Shown here piece by piece: positions 12,522 through 23,199 of a DNA stretch of 64,000 nucleotides (positions are counted from its first letter, which is position 1; each line of letters opens with the position of its first letter). A model generated the notes under the pieces. That model saw only the letters and a list, made by a program, of their open reading frames with translations, made no database searches and was not told the origin of the DNA. Location: the NCBI GenBank assembly GCA_965113315.1, contig OZ220364.1, one strand, 5' to 3'. Source of the DNA: Podarcis vaucheri. Lineage: Eukaryota. A program made the translations under genes and the position numbers.

Positions 12522-12852
12522 GATGAACCGAACAAAACACCGATGATAAAAATAATTCCATTTCTTCAAGACTAAACGTTAAATTAAAAGTTCATACAGT
12601 ATTCAAGTCCTTTCAACGTTTAGGTAATCGGGAAAAGTGTATAAACCCTGAACCAGGTCCCAAACATACAAATATAAGGAAGGGCGGAGAAGGTTGAAAA
12701 CTCTGAGGGTTGCTTGAAGACTCCACAGTCAAACCGTGCTTGCAACTTCCCTTCTTCATACACAGAATACTTCAACGAGCAGAGGATGTATTTTTTATTT
12801 TTTTATTTATATATATATATATAGATATGTATATATAATATACAAAAGAGGT

Positions 12853-13085
12853 TCACAATAAGGGATTTCCAGAGAAATACTGCAGGCGGTCTCTGCTTAG
12901 TTTTTTTTCTTTCATCCTTCTGTTCTGAAACCAAATTTTAACTTGTCGATCAGTGAGATTCAACATTCTGGACAGCTGCAGCCTTTTTTCTTTGTTTATG
13001 TAGACATTGAAGAAAAATTCTCTCTCTAGCTCTCTGATTTGGAATTTCGAATAGGGACATCGCTTCTTTCTTGTGCGGGGGGCAC
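12853..13085 (-). CDS. HOXC11: Hox-C11 exon 2 (homeodomain)
   Basis: [76 protein letters not shown]. The acceptor is pyrimidine tract + taaAG|GT at 13087-13086, and its phase matches exon 1. Confidence 0.97.
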
Positions 13086-14394
13086 CTTTAGGGGGGAGGG
13101 AGGGAGAAAAATATAACCAGGAGGGAGTGAAAATAACTAAGCAAATGACACAACAGAGCCCCAATAACTCCCCCCCCATCACCAAGAGCTCAAATGCATA
13201 GCTTCTCTCTCACACGCACACCCATCTGGAAGCACATCCTACGGCCATGTGTAACATCCTAACAGACATGTGTACCACAACACAGCCATGAAGACAGCCT
13301 TTGCTGTTTCGAGCCCATGATCATTTCACCCTGTTTTGGGGGGCTTTTCCAAAGGGATTCCTGACTGCAATAATCAACAATAACTGCTGGGGGGACGGAA
13401 GCCGGCGAAGCAGCTGGGAAGCACACACGTTCAAACTGCAAATCTGCCGCCTTTCTAACAGAGTCAGCAAGAGCAACGTTAGAGGGCTAAGAATTCTGCT
13501 CTGCATAAGTTTTTGATTATCGGGAACGCCACCCTCCAAATACATTCAGCACACACATACACACAGAGAGAGAATCAAAGCAACATATCTGAGCAGTCAA
13601 AAAAAGGGAAGCAATGTGTTTCCCAAGGCAGCAAACAGAATTGCAAATACAACGTGCGCGCGCGCCTGTGTGTGTGTGTGTGTAAGTTCATGCAGGACTT
13701 AGCGTTCCATTCACCTATGAATGAAAAAATAAATAAAGATCCATGATTCATTTACTTGATCAGTTGCTTCGATTTAAGGTTGTTGTTGCTGCTTTAAAAA
13801 TGAAAACAAACCCACTTATATATGAATATCTAAAGGCATCTGAGTATATTAAAATATACTTAAAGTGTGTGTGTGTGATAAACACATTTAATAGCAAAAT
13901 AAGCATTGTCTATTTGAAAAGAAATCACCCAAAGAACTACGCCTAAGCAATGCAATTTGCAGGAAGAAAAGCAACAACAAGAGCAAGAACAACAACACAG
14001 GATGCACTGAGGACGTGAAAAGGTTGCATTCCCTTTCCCCACATTCATAGCAATATAGATATATATTTGAATTTCTGCATGCATTTTCAATAAGGGGAAA
14101 AAATAACACCACCCGCCCCCCCCCTCGCTCGCTCGCGTGCATCTCTCAGTGCCTCCTCGCGAGGACAGGAAGCAAGAGCAGTGTTCTGCCCAATTGCCTT
14201 TTACCCTCAGAAGCCCGGGACCAAATCCTTTTAAAATGCTCATGTAAGTTCATGATCAAAGTTAATATTTGTCACCATGGTGTGCTTTTAAAATTTCACA
14301 GACTCTGAGATACTGTGTCTGCGCCTAACATCTCCATTTTTCTCAAAGAGCCTTTCCCATCGTAAAAATTCTTCTCGTTGCAAGAAAGAGCTTT

Positions 14395-14445
14395 GTAGGT
14401 TATAATAAAATCCTTTGAATGCTTATAAAACTCCACATAAAATTT
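14395..14445. promoter_or_regulatory. ATAAAA/TTTTAT CDX/HOX site cluster at the 5' end of the HOXC11 intron
   Basis: TAATAAAA, TTATAAAA and CATAAAA within 50 bp. A similar cluster lies in the HOXC12 intron at ~40210-40360. Confidence 0.4.
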
Positions 14446-14504
14446 GACCGACAAAACAGCGGGCTAGTCCCTTAACCTTTCCATTTACTGCTTTCTCTAC
14501 CTAC

Positions 14505-15183
14505 TCGAGTTGCTGGTTTTGCTCCCTTCCTTGTTGACAGAGGAGGATGAAGCTGAAGAGCCCGGGTTGGTGTTTTCTTCCTCGTCTTCCGGGTCTACGC
14601 CTTGGTCGCCGCGGGATGACAGCGCGGTGGGCTGGGAGTCGGTCTCCAGCTTGCTCTCGGTCTTCTGCAAACAGGTCTCGGGCGGGTTCTCGGTGGAGCA
14701 GTAGGCGTTTTCGAAGAACCGGTCGAAGCCTTGCGGGAGGACACTGTTTTTGTTCATGCTGGAGTAGAAGCCCGTGGACGCCGGGTGGTTGGAGCTGGGG
14801 TGGTGGTGGTGGCTGTACACGCTTTCGTTTTTCATTAGCATTTCGGTCATGGTGGAAGGCGGGAGGCAATCCCTGTGCATCAGATCTTCCGCGGAATAAC
14901 ACGAGGCGTAATTGCTTCTATGGTGCCATTTATTCGAGGGGTCTAGCCCGTAGGAGACCTCTCGCACTGGCTGCACTTGAGAGAGGTTAGTGGAATAAGG
15001 GTAGGAGATTTGGCGAGAGGGGGCCTGTGGCAAGAAAGATGACACAGTTGAAAATTCTGGGACGTAATAGGTGCAGCTGGGGAGGTAGAGATTGGAAGCG
15101 CAACCTGCTCTCTCTCCAAAGTCAGCACTCCGCTCTTTGCGCGACTGGGAGCAGAAGTTTCCTAGGTTCACTGAGTTAAACAT
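14505..15183 (-). CDS. HOXC11: Hox-C11 exon 1
   Basis: [18 protein letters not shown]...[14 protein letters not shown]...VQPVREVSY...[10 protein letters not shown] is the typical Hox11 N-terminal region. Donor A|GTAGGT. The exon is 679 nt (phase 1) and the spliced CDS is 912 nt, 303 aa. Confidence 0.97.
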
Positions 15184-15239
15184 CTTTCTCCTTTTCTTGC
15201 TCCTATAGATAGATGTTTTGGATCCGATGTGCAGAGGGG

Positions 15240-15345
15240 GAAAAATTTGGGAAGGCGAGATGACGCGCTATCCGTCTTAGTCGCTCTCTCCAGGACACGT
15301 GATCCAAAGTAGATATTGTCATATATCAGTTTGGAGCACTTAGAA
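15240..15345 (-). promoter_or_regulatory. HOXC11 proximal promoter with E-box
   Basis: CACGTG at 15296-15301, TGACG half-CRE at ~15261; the region is CpG-containing. Confidence 0.55.
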
Positions 15346-15507
15346 GCGTAGGAGTGGTTCACTTAGGTAAGATCTCAGAGGTTCAAACGATTGGTTTTCA
15401 AACACCGCAGAAACATTATGAAAATCAATCGCAGATTTGTATTCATTTTCTTCCAGGCACACCCCTTGTAAGCATTCAAAGCAGATAGCGAGGGGATGGC
15501 TGGTGAA

Positions 15508-15510
<3 letters not shown>

Positions 15511-15556
<46 letters not shown>
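15511..15556. repeat. (CT)23 microsatellite upstream of HOXC11
   Basis: Read directly from the sequence. Confidence 0.95.
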
Positions 15557-15561
<5 letters not shown>

Positions 15562-18500
15562 TTGGATTTTGCTTTCAGTTGTTCAGGAGGATTCAGATAT
15601 GGGGTTGGGTGGGGGTAGCTCAGGGGTGGAGGAGGCGAGGGAGGGTCTAAAGGATGTGTTAACTGTAATTTTTCCTCTCTTACTCTTTTTTTAGGGGGTT
15701 CTTTCCATGCAAGTCACATTTTAGGCATGATCAGACATATTCTTTTATTTCCCCTTTTCTTTTCTTTTCTTCTCTTCTTTGTCTTTTTTCTTTTCTTTTC
15801 TTAAAAATGTGGATTCAACTGTTAGAAGCCCAGGGGACTGGATAAAGATTCTTCAGTAAGTTTTCAAACATTTCTCAAGATCTTGCTCCAGGAGTCCGGG
15901 GTACACCTCCATATAGTGGGTGTGGGTGGGATCTTTGGAACAGATAGGTATATAGGGGAGCAACTGACCAGTTTCTCACGTTTATTAATTACTTAGATGC
16001 CTATGTAGGGATCTCATGTATGCATAAGGACACCTAATCTGCCAAAGAGAATGCACACCTCCTGCAGCATATCCCAAATATGCGAGGAGCCGAATAAACT
16101 TTGAAACTTTTCTAGGGATTTAAGCCCGAACCTGAACCCTCTGAGGCATGGGCTTAATGACTTCAGAGTATTGGAATTAGGGAGGATACATCAGGACATA
16201 GGACTAATAAATATTCGAAAGCCCCCTTTAACGTTTGGTTAAATATTTATTATGTAAGAGTGGTATATTGAATATTTAATGCAGCTGTTTATTGTCAATC
16301 AATGTATGTTCACGGTGCCTTGCGACCTTTATTCTGCCAGCGAAAGAAAAGGCAAGGGGGTGCACTGAAAAAAATAAATAGGATTCTTATTAAAGTCATT
16401 TGTCCTTGTATTTGGTGCTCTTGGAGTCTTTCACCGCCCACCCTGTGATTCCCTCACATTTTTAAAGCTGGAAGAAGGAATATTTGTAAAAGGTGTCTTG
16501 TAGAACATTCCTCATGACTTTCAGACAATTGTTAACCTAAAGTGTCTTCTTTCAGTCATGATCCAGAAAGCCATGCTGTAAAGGCGTTTAGAGAATACTG
16601 ACAGTTGATAGAGGCTGCTGGCATATCCAGGAAAGTCCCCCTAAACAAAGGATGCGTGCTTAAAACTCTCCTGTCTTTTAGATGATCTGGAGCACACATC
16701 ACACAGGCTCATCAAACAGATTTTGCGCCTGAATTGACAACTTTTTCATTTTTTTTTATTTTAAAAAAGGTCCTGTAATTGATCTGCAAAGAAATAAATA
16801 AAAATGTTTAGTTTCCACCTGATGCAAAATATCTCCAATATTTTGTTGTCTTTTTGCTCTCATCTCTGCCTTTATTTCTGTTTTTAATTCACTTTACTCT
16901 CTTCAAAGAAGTGTGTGTGCGTGCGGGCGTGTGTGTAGGACCCAACAACTTTGCTTTGTTTACATAGAATCCTCCCGCCTTAATCTCCATCGCTGGCTCC
17001 AGTTTTGGACAGTTTAAAAGCCTCATAACAAAATTCACACAGCATCAGGAGGGCAAAATGACTTTACTAGTGATATCCTGTCAATTCGTGTTGCAGTAAA
17101 TTAAACTCTCAGGAACAAATAACAAAGTCCAGGAACATGGCGGGCTGGTATATAAGAATATGTGGGAACTGAGGGGTTGTTATTTTTTAACGTGATGGTT
17201 TTTGTGGTTGTGAAGCTTTTCCTTTGGGTAAAGCTTTGAACAAATCCTTAAGAAGAAGAAAAATCTAGCAACTTGGGATACAAAAGGAGACGCTCTGTGA
17301 TGACCTCATTTGCCCCATAATTCATTTTAATTTGGGAGGCTCTTTTTACTTATAAAACCACCAGGTAGAGTTTAGTCAGCAGGTAGAACAGATACCTAAG
17401 CAGTCTGCAGCGACGAAGACGCCCCAGGAAAGGAAGGGACATCTGCTGAAACCAAAAAGGGAGGATGAGATTAATGAACAGAATGACTGAAACGAAAAAT
17501 GATTTTTGGTCACGGGGAGGAAACTGACTATATCGGACAGGAGATCAAAATCTTTAAAGGTCGTGTGTGTCTCGGGACTGAAGCATAGCCTTAAAAACCA
17601 CAGTGGGACTTTTATAGGGTGGGTTTCTTTCGAATCCAGAGTCTTTATAAAGTGATCTTACAGACAAAACCTAAAGAAAACATGGCGGCTCTCTCTCTCT
17701 CTTTCTCGTCAAGCCCTCTGATCAACCTGTCCTTTTAATTTCATACGCCTACGGGCGGCGTTCTTCACTTTCGACTGTTCTGTGTCTTTGGACGTAGGAT
17801 GCCTCCCCCGCAGAGGGTTCAGATAAAGGCGCCTCCAGGTTCCAAACCATTCTGAGCCTTCTCACCAAATGCACACCTCTGCGCATGGGGAAGAAGAGAT
17901 GGGTGTGTGTTGTGTGGGGGAGAGGGGGGACAGGAGTAGTGCAAGGCTTCTGCAGGGATGGTCTGTTTTGGTTCTCTCCTTCGCTCTGCTGTTTATGAGT
18001 TAGATGCTGCTTTAGACACAAACTTTTAATTAAAGTGTCAGGGAGCCTTTAACTACCCCTTTTTACGCAGCAATATTCATGCTAACTACAAACTAATAAA
18101 AATATTGTTTACGGGGATCATTATTTTCCTCCACTCCTACTTACCAAACACTATTTATTGAACCTGCCCGAGGTGGGGTGGGGAAACTGAAGAAATTTGC
18201 AGTGCTGGGTGCTGTTTCGGAATGGTTCTGCAACATCTCTTGCAAAGTGAGTTGCCCCCGCCCATTCCCCCCACCTTTTCTTCTTTATTCCTTCTTTCCA
18301 CTTTTCCTGGTGGGGCAGAAATTTCTCCTGTGTCTCATCCGGCTGCATTGGTGGCGAGCAGAAGGGGTCTAAAGCGGGTGGCTGTTGAAAGCATGTGGGG
18401 TATAACACACAGGATATCTCCTCTAGGTGTGCGAATAATTTATTGCTCTTAATAGGTAGATATAAGCTCAAGCGAGCCCCAGTGCCCTTGTGTTTTTTAA

Positions 18501-20686
18501 AGCCCGGTTTAAAGTATAGGATTTGTCGGCTTCCTGCGAAAAAGCACAGAAAAGACAGCTGTGGAGCCACAGCACTTGAATTTGAACCACCAAAGTCAAT
18601 TCCCTGACTACCATAAAACAGAAGAATGAAGGCTGGAAGTCTCACATTCCTTTTGGTGTCCACTAAAATATATATATATATATAAAACAACACAAAAAAC
18701 CCAACAGCCCATTGAGCATAAACCGTAGAGTTCTTTGAGTGCTTTACTCGTTGATAGATTTCATATTCACAGCCAAGAAATACTTTTTAAAAACTTTTTT
18801 TTAAAAAAAATAGTTGTCCAAAAACCCTCTTTAATATATACGGGAGAGAGAGAGAAGAAGTAAGAAAAGGAAAAATCTTTCAAAGTAGGTGTGTTATGAC
18901 AGTGTCTCCACAAGTTGTGTGATGGTGTGACTCACTATGAAGATGCATAAGAAAGAGCAGGGCAGGCAGAGAGAACAGGATTGTGTCAATTGCCAGGCAG
19001 AGCTTCCTAGGTGTAATTAGACATATGTATATGTTCACCCGGCTGGTTGTTTGTGGCTCGCCAAGTGTACTTCAACATGGCATTGCTGTGTTAATCAGGC
19101 AATACGTTCCCTTCTTCTGTTGCCGGGTCATTTGCCCGACAGAACCAAGATCACACTATAAACGCATTCCAGTATTTTGTTATTGTTATTATTATTTAGG
19201 CAGAAAATTGTATCCACGTGGACAAGACTTTCTAGGAAACGCACTTTTCTGTGGGTAAAATGAACTTTGAAAGAACCCAGCTCCGATTATAGTTGTGGCG
19301 GGTTTGGCCAAAGAAATGTTCCCATCGTGGTCAGGACTCCGGTCTCTGGGTTTGTTTGTGTACATTAAGCGAATCAAGACTGAACGGTACATGATGGCCA
19401 AAGCGGGTTTGGGAATAACTAACAAACCTTTGCCAACTAGTATATGGACGGCAAAGGTTTGTAGGTGTGGTCGAAACCCGCCTTGGATCTCATATGAACT
19501 AGTTTAATCGTCCTCTTATCAGTTTGGGAGATAAATTAACATATGTAAATCAGTGCAAATTTCGATTAACTTCATGGTCCACACCGATTAATGCTATCAT
19601 TCAGAGATCGTCATACGGGTCACTCTTTTAGAAATGTGCAGACTACCTTCTAGAATATGCATAAATGTAGATATTCTAATCTAAATCTCTATTTTCCCAT
19701 CTCCCAGCATCTCAGTCATAGGCACATGTACTACCCAACCCTAAAGATTTTCCTAGGGAGAAATGGGGACACGAAAATGTTGTTTACCTCTTGCCTTTTG
19801 GCCTTTTCTTGCCGGATTTCCCCCGAATTTCAGAATGAAGCGGACGCCCCTTAGATATTTCTACGGCCTACAATAAGATAGGTTCTCTATACAGGGGATG
19901 AAGGATTACTTTTGTGAGGTTCGGGGGTGGGAAGCCACCCAAACATTTCAAGCAGCCGTTTTCGCATGCCTTCTTTGGGCCAAAGAATCCCAAACTTTTG
20001 ACACTTTAGGATTGTGACCTGTGAGTCTTCAGCGATGCAGCTCCCTGGAAGCAATTGAGTCCCATTGAATCCTATGCAATCGACTTACAAGTCAATGTGT
20101 TTGGGATCACAGCCTAGGAATGATTTTTTCCCCCGTGCAACAGCAATGCAATTACTTCCCAAGGAAAAATAAAATACCCCGATGTATTTAAATCAAGCCA
20201 AAGGGTACTACAAACCTTCGCCAGCAAGCAGATTATCCTCGACTGCTTGTGTGTTCAGGAAATCCGGGGCCAGAGACAATAGCTACAAGTAGGAAGCTCT
20301 TGGAAAATATTATTGTCCCCCAATGGCAAAGATAAATTTAATTGGATATAAGCCAGCCTACTAAAGACGACTTCATAAGCTGCTAACGATTCAAAGCGGG
20401 GAAGCGGGGAGGGGGAGAATGTTTCAGATCTTCCACAGGCCAGGGTTGCAAGTTCAAAATCATGTGGACCCAATAAAGATAAAAGCTGATAAGCGGTATG
20501 CTTCCCAGCCACACGCAAAGTCAACAGTGAGCAGTATAGCTGCGCTGAGGGATGCCCTGACTAGATGCCCCACGCAGAATTCTCCTCTGCGCATTATTGG
20601 GGTAATATAAACCATCATAATTGGGAGGATTGCAAATGATACTTGGCATATTGCAATGAATAATAAAGTGCAGCCACTGCTCAGTA

Positions 20687-20787
20687 GGGTCCGATCCTAT
20701 GCACACGAGCAAGTTCGATTGAAGCCCATTGTCTACAGAGGGTTGCTTGGCTTTACTCCCAAGAAAAACGTGCACTGGGTTGCAGCC
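20687..20787. mobile_element. Degenerate copy of ~90-bp palindromic MITE-like family A
   Basis: gatcctatgcacac...cccattg...ttactcccaagaaaaacgtgcactgggttgcagcc resembles the copies at 32334 and 61963. Confidence 0.55.
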
Positions 20788-21800
20788 ATATCAATATACA
20801 TGTAAGGATCGTTAGGTCAGTTCCACTAGTTAGCAAGCTAGAAGCGAATAAAAGGAACTCTTACGCCAACATATTTGGCCGATCCTTCCAGTCCAGACAC
20901 ACTTGAATATATATGCTACAAAGCCAAGTTCATTGGAGTTTGCCAATGGCTTATTCCGCTTTCCAAATGAAAGGGGACCTAGTAATTCACCCAAGAAGCC
21001 AATTTTCGGTGTGTTTCAGGTTCCTTTCAAAAAGAATAGCTGCACTGGATTGTGTTCAAAAGAAAGTGGGCCATTGACCAACATAATACACAAACGTTTT
21101 AAAAGCACCCAACGTTTTAAATAATAAAATTCTACAACACGCAGAGAGTGAATAGACATGCATAGATTTTTTAAAAAATGCTTTATTATCTGGATGAGGT
21201 TCTCGGGATGTGGGTCATCAAGTCCCATCTAAGGAATTTTTGTTTCACGTGAGAGTTCAGTTTTATTAGCAAATATGTATCTCCGTATGCACGACATAAG
21301 CTTTATTGTAACGGGATAGCTTCTTATTAGATTGTGTGAAGGAAGACATAGCAGCCACTGTGAGTGAGATTTTGCCAAAAGGGGTTTAACTTATATGAAA
21401 CGTTCTGCTTTTGGTTGTGTGTCTGAGCTGGATGTCTTTTAGCTTTTTAGTCTACCTTGATACCTACATTTCTTTCATTTCAGCCAGCAGGCTGCCTTGT
21501 TCCCATCAGACACACCGTGATCAAAGTGAAATCTCAACGTTTTTACAGGGGAGGGGCGGAAAGAAACTTCAATAGCTTACCCTCCCGCTCCCCGATGTAA
21601 GTCAGTAGTGCTGGAATCAACCCCAGTATCCACATTTATCAGAATAAAATGAAACAGAATGCCTGGGATAGTTGTGTGGTGACATTCTGCAAACATATAA
21701 ACCAGCTATAAGGAATGCTCATTACTTTAGAGCGCCTTTTGGCAATGCTATGAAATATCAGCCTCTTTGTTTGCATGAGGACGTGTGCGCGTGCGCAAGG

Positions 21801-21803
<3 letters not shown>

Positions 21804-21851
<48 letters not shown>
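21804..21851. repeat. (TC)n microsatellite
   Basis: Read directly from the sequence. Confidence 0.95.
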
Positions 21852-21856
<5 letters not shown>

Positions 21857-22322
21857 ATCTTTGTGTTCCTCAATATATGCATATGAGAACAGTTGAAAGT
21901 AACTTGATAGCCCACAAGTGCATCTACAGACATCAATTGTTGGAAATTCGCATGAAATGCAACTACAAACGCATGACTCTATATGTGCTTTTTGTTTTGT
22001 TGTTTTGAAATCTCGTGAATTATTATGTCTCGTGGTTTCTAGAAATTAGCCGGTAGAAGAGTTATTTTCAGTGGGGTACAAGATCTAAATGATCCAGTCA
22101 AGATCCAGATCCTGTCCTTTAACAATAAGGTTGCGGAGGGGGGAGTGTGCAAAAATGCATGTAACTTTCAGTCGTGTGCATTCCCTTGGAAAGCCTTCTT
22201 GAAATCTCAAATTATATTTCTAAAATGAGGTACTTAGTTAAAAAAAATTACTCGGAACAAAACCCAAATGCTGTATTTCTCTGTATGCCATTCCACTTAT
22301 GAAGTCGGATAGTTATTGTGGT

Positions 22323-22423
22323 CACGATCCGGCCACAGTTAAATCCCACCAATGTCACTGAGGGACATACTTTATTCACACCCTGAAATTAATTTAAAAG
22401 TGACCGTCTTTGGCTGGATCGTG
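22323..22423. mobile_element. Palindromic MITE-like family B copy
   Basis: Terminal inverted repeats CACGATCCGGCCA / TGGCTGGATCGTG (12/13 complementary). The same termini occur at 52308-52420. Confidence 0.6.
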
Positions 22424-22495
22424 CCTTTGACCATTTACTTGTATTACGGCTGTCCCCCTCCCCATTTATATACCCTCTTTTTATTAAATACCAGA

Positions 22496-22500
<5 letters not shown>

Positions 22501-22554
<54 letters not shown>
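22501..22554. repeat. (TC)n microsatellite
   Basis: Read directly from the sequence. Confidence 0.95.
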
Positions 22555-22560
<6 letters not shown>

Positions 22561-23199
22561 CCCCCGCCCTCTCTTTATACATATATACATACAGAGTGAC
22601 TTACGAAACAGAAATTTAAAATATCTGTTTTCTTAGTAACTTTATATCGCTTTAGTTATTGCCTTCATCCTACTAGGATTCAGAACCAGCTTGTCTGAAG
22701 TGCGGTTTGATGCTTCTATTCTCTCCCTCACGCGCACATTCCATCATTCTGCTTTCTTTATCAGACATACTCCCTTTGGGACTTCTTCAAATCTGCTATT
22801 CTGTGCCTGCATATAAAAGGATATTTTTTTACAGTAAGGAGTTTAGGAACTCACATGGTCGCATTGTCCATTTCAGTAAGCGAGAGGGGTGGCTGTAGGA
22901 AGACCAAATCCAAAATTGTGCGTCCACTGCACGCTGGAAAAGGATGCAAATTTGTTTGGCTTTGTTCTTAAAATACCTTTAAATGCTAGCAGCGCGATAC
23001 TAGATATTTTAAACTTGGAGTTCCCGTTGACTTCAAGGATGTGCACATAAGGATGTCTCCTCATAGTGACTCGCATCGTAGGTAACGTTGCAAGTAGTCT
23101 GCTGTTTAAAACAAAAATAAAGCAACGCTAATTGATAATGTGGGACAAGTATATTCCGTGTTGATTTTATTTTTTTTAATACAAACAGAGGTCGTCTTT

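Noticed and set aside
12010-12569. Poly-His and poly-Ile ORFs
   Set aside because: They are translations of the (CAT)n microsatellite in the HOXC11 3' UTR.
13086-13185. N-terminal part of the 110-aa ORF upstream of the HOXC11 homeobox (similarly 38895-38931 for HOXC12)
   Set aside because: This is intronic sequence upstream of the splice acceptor.
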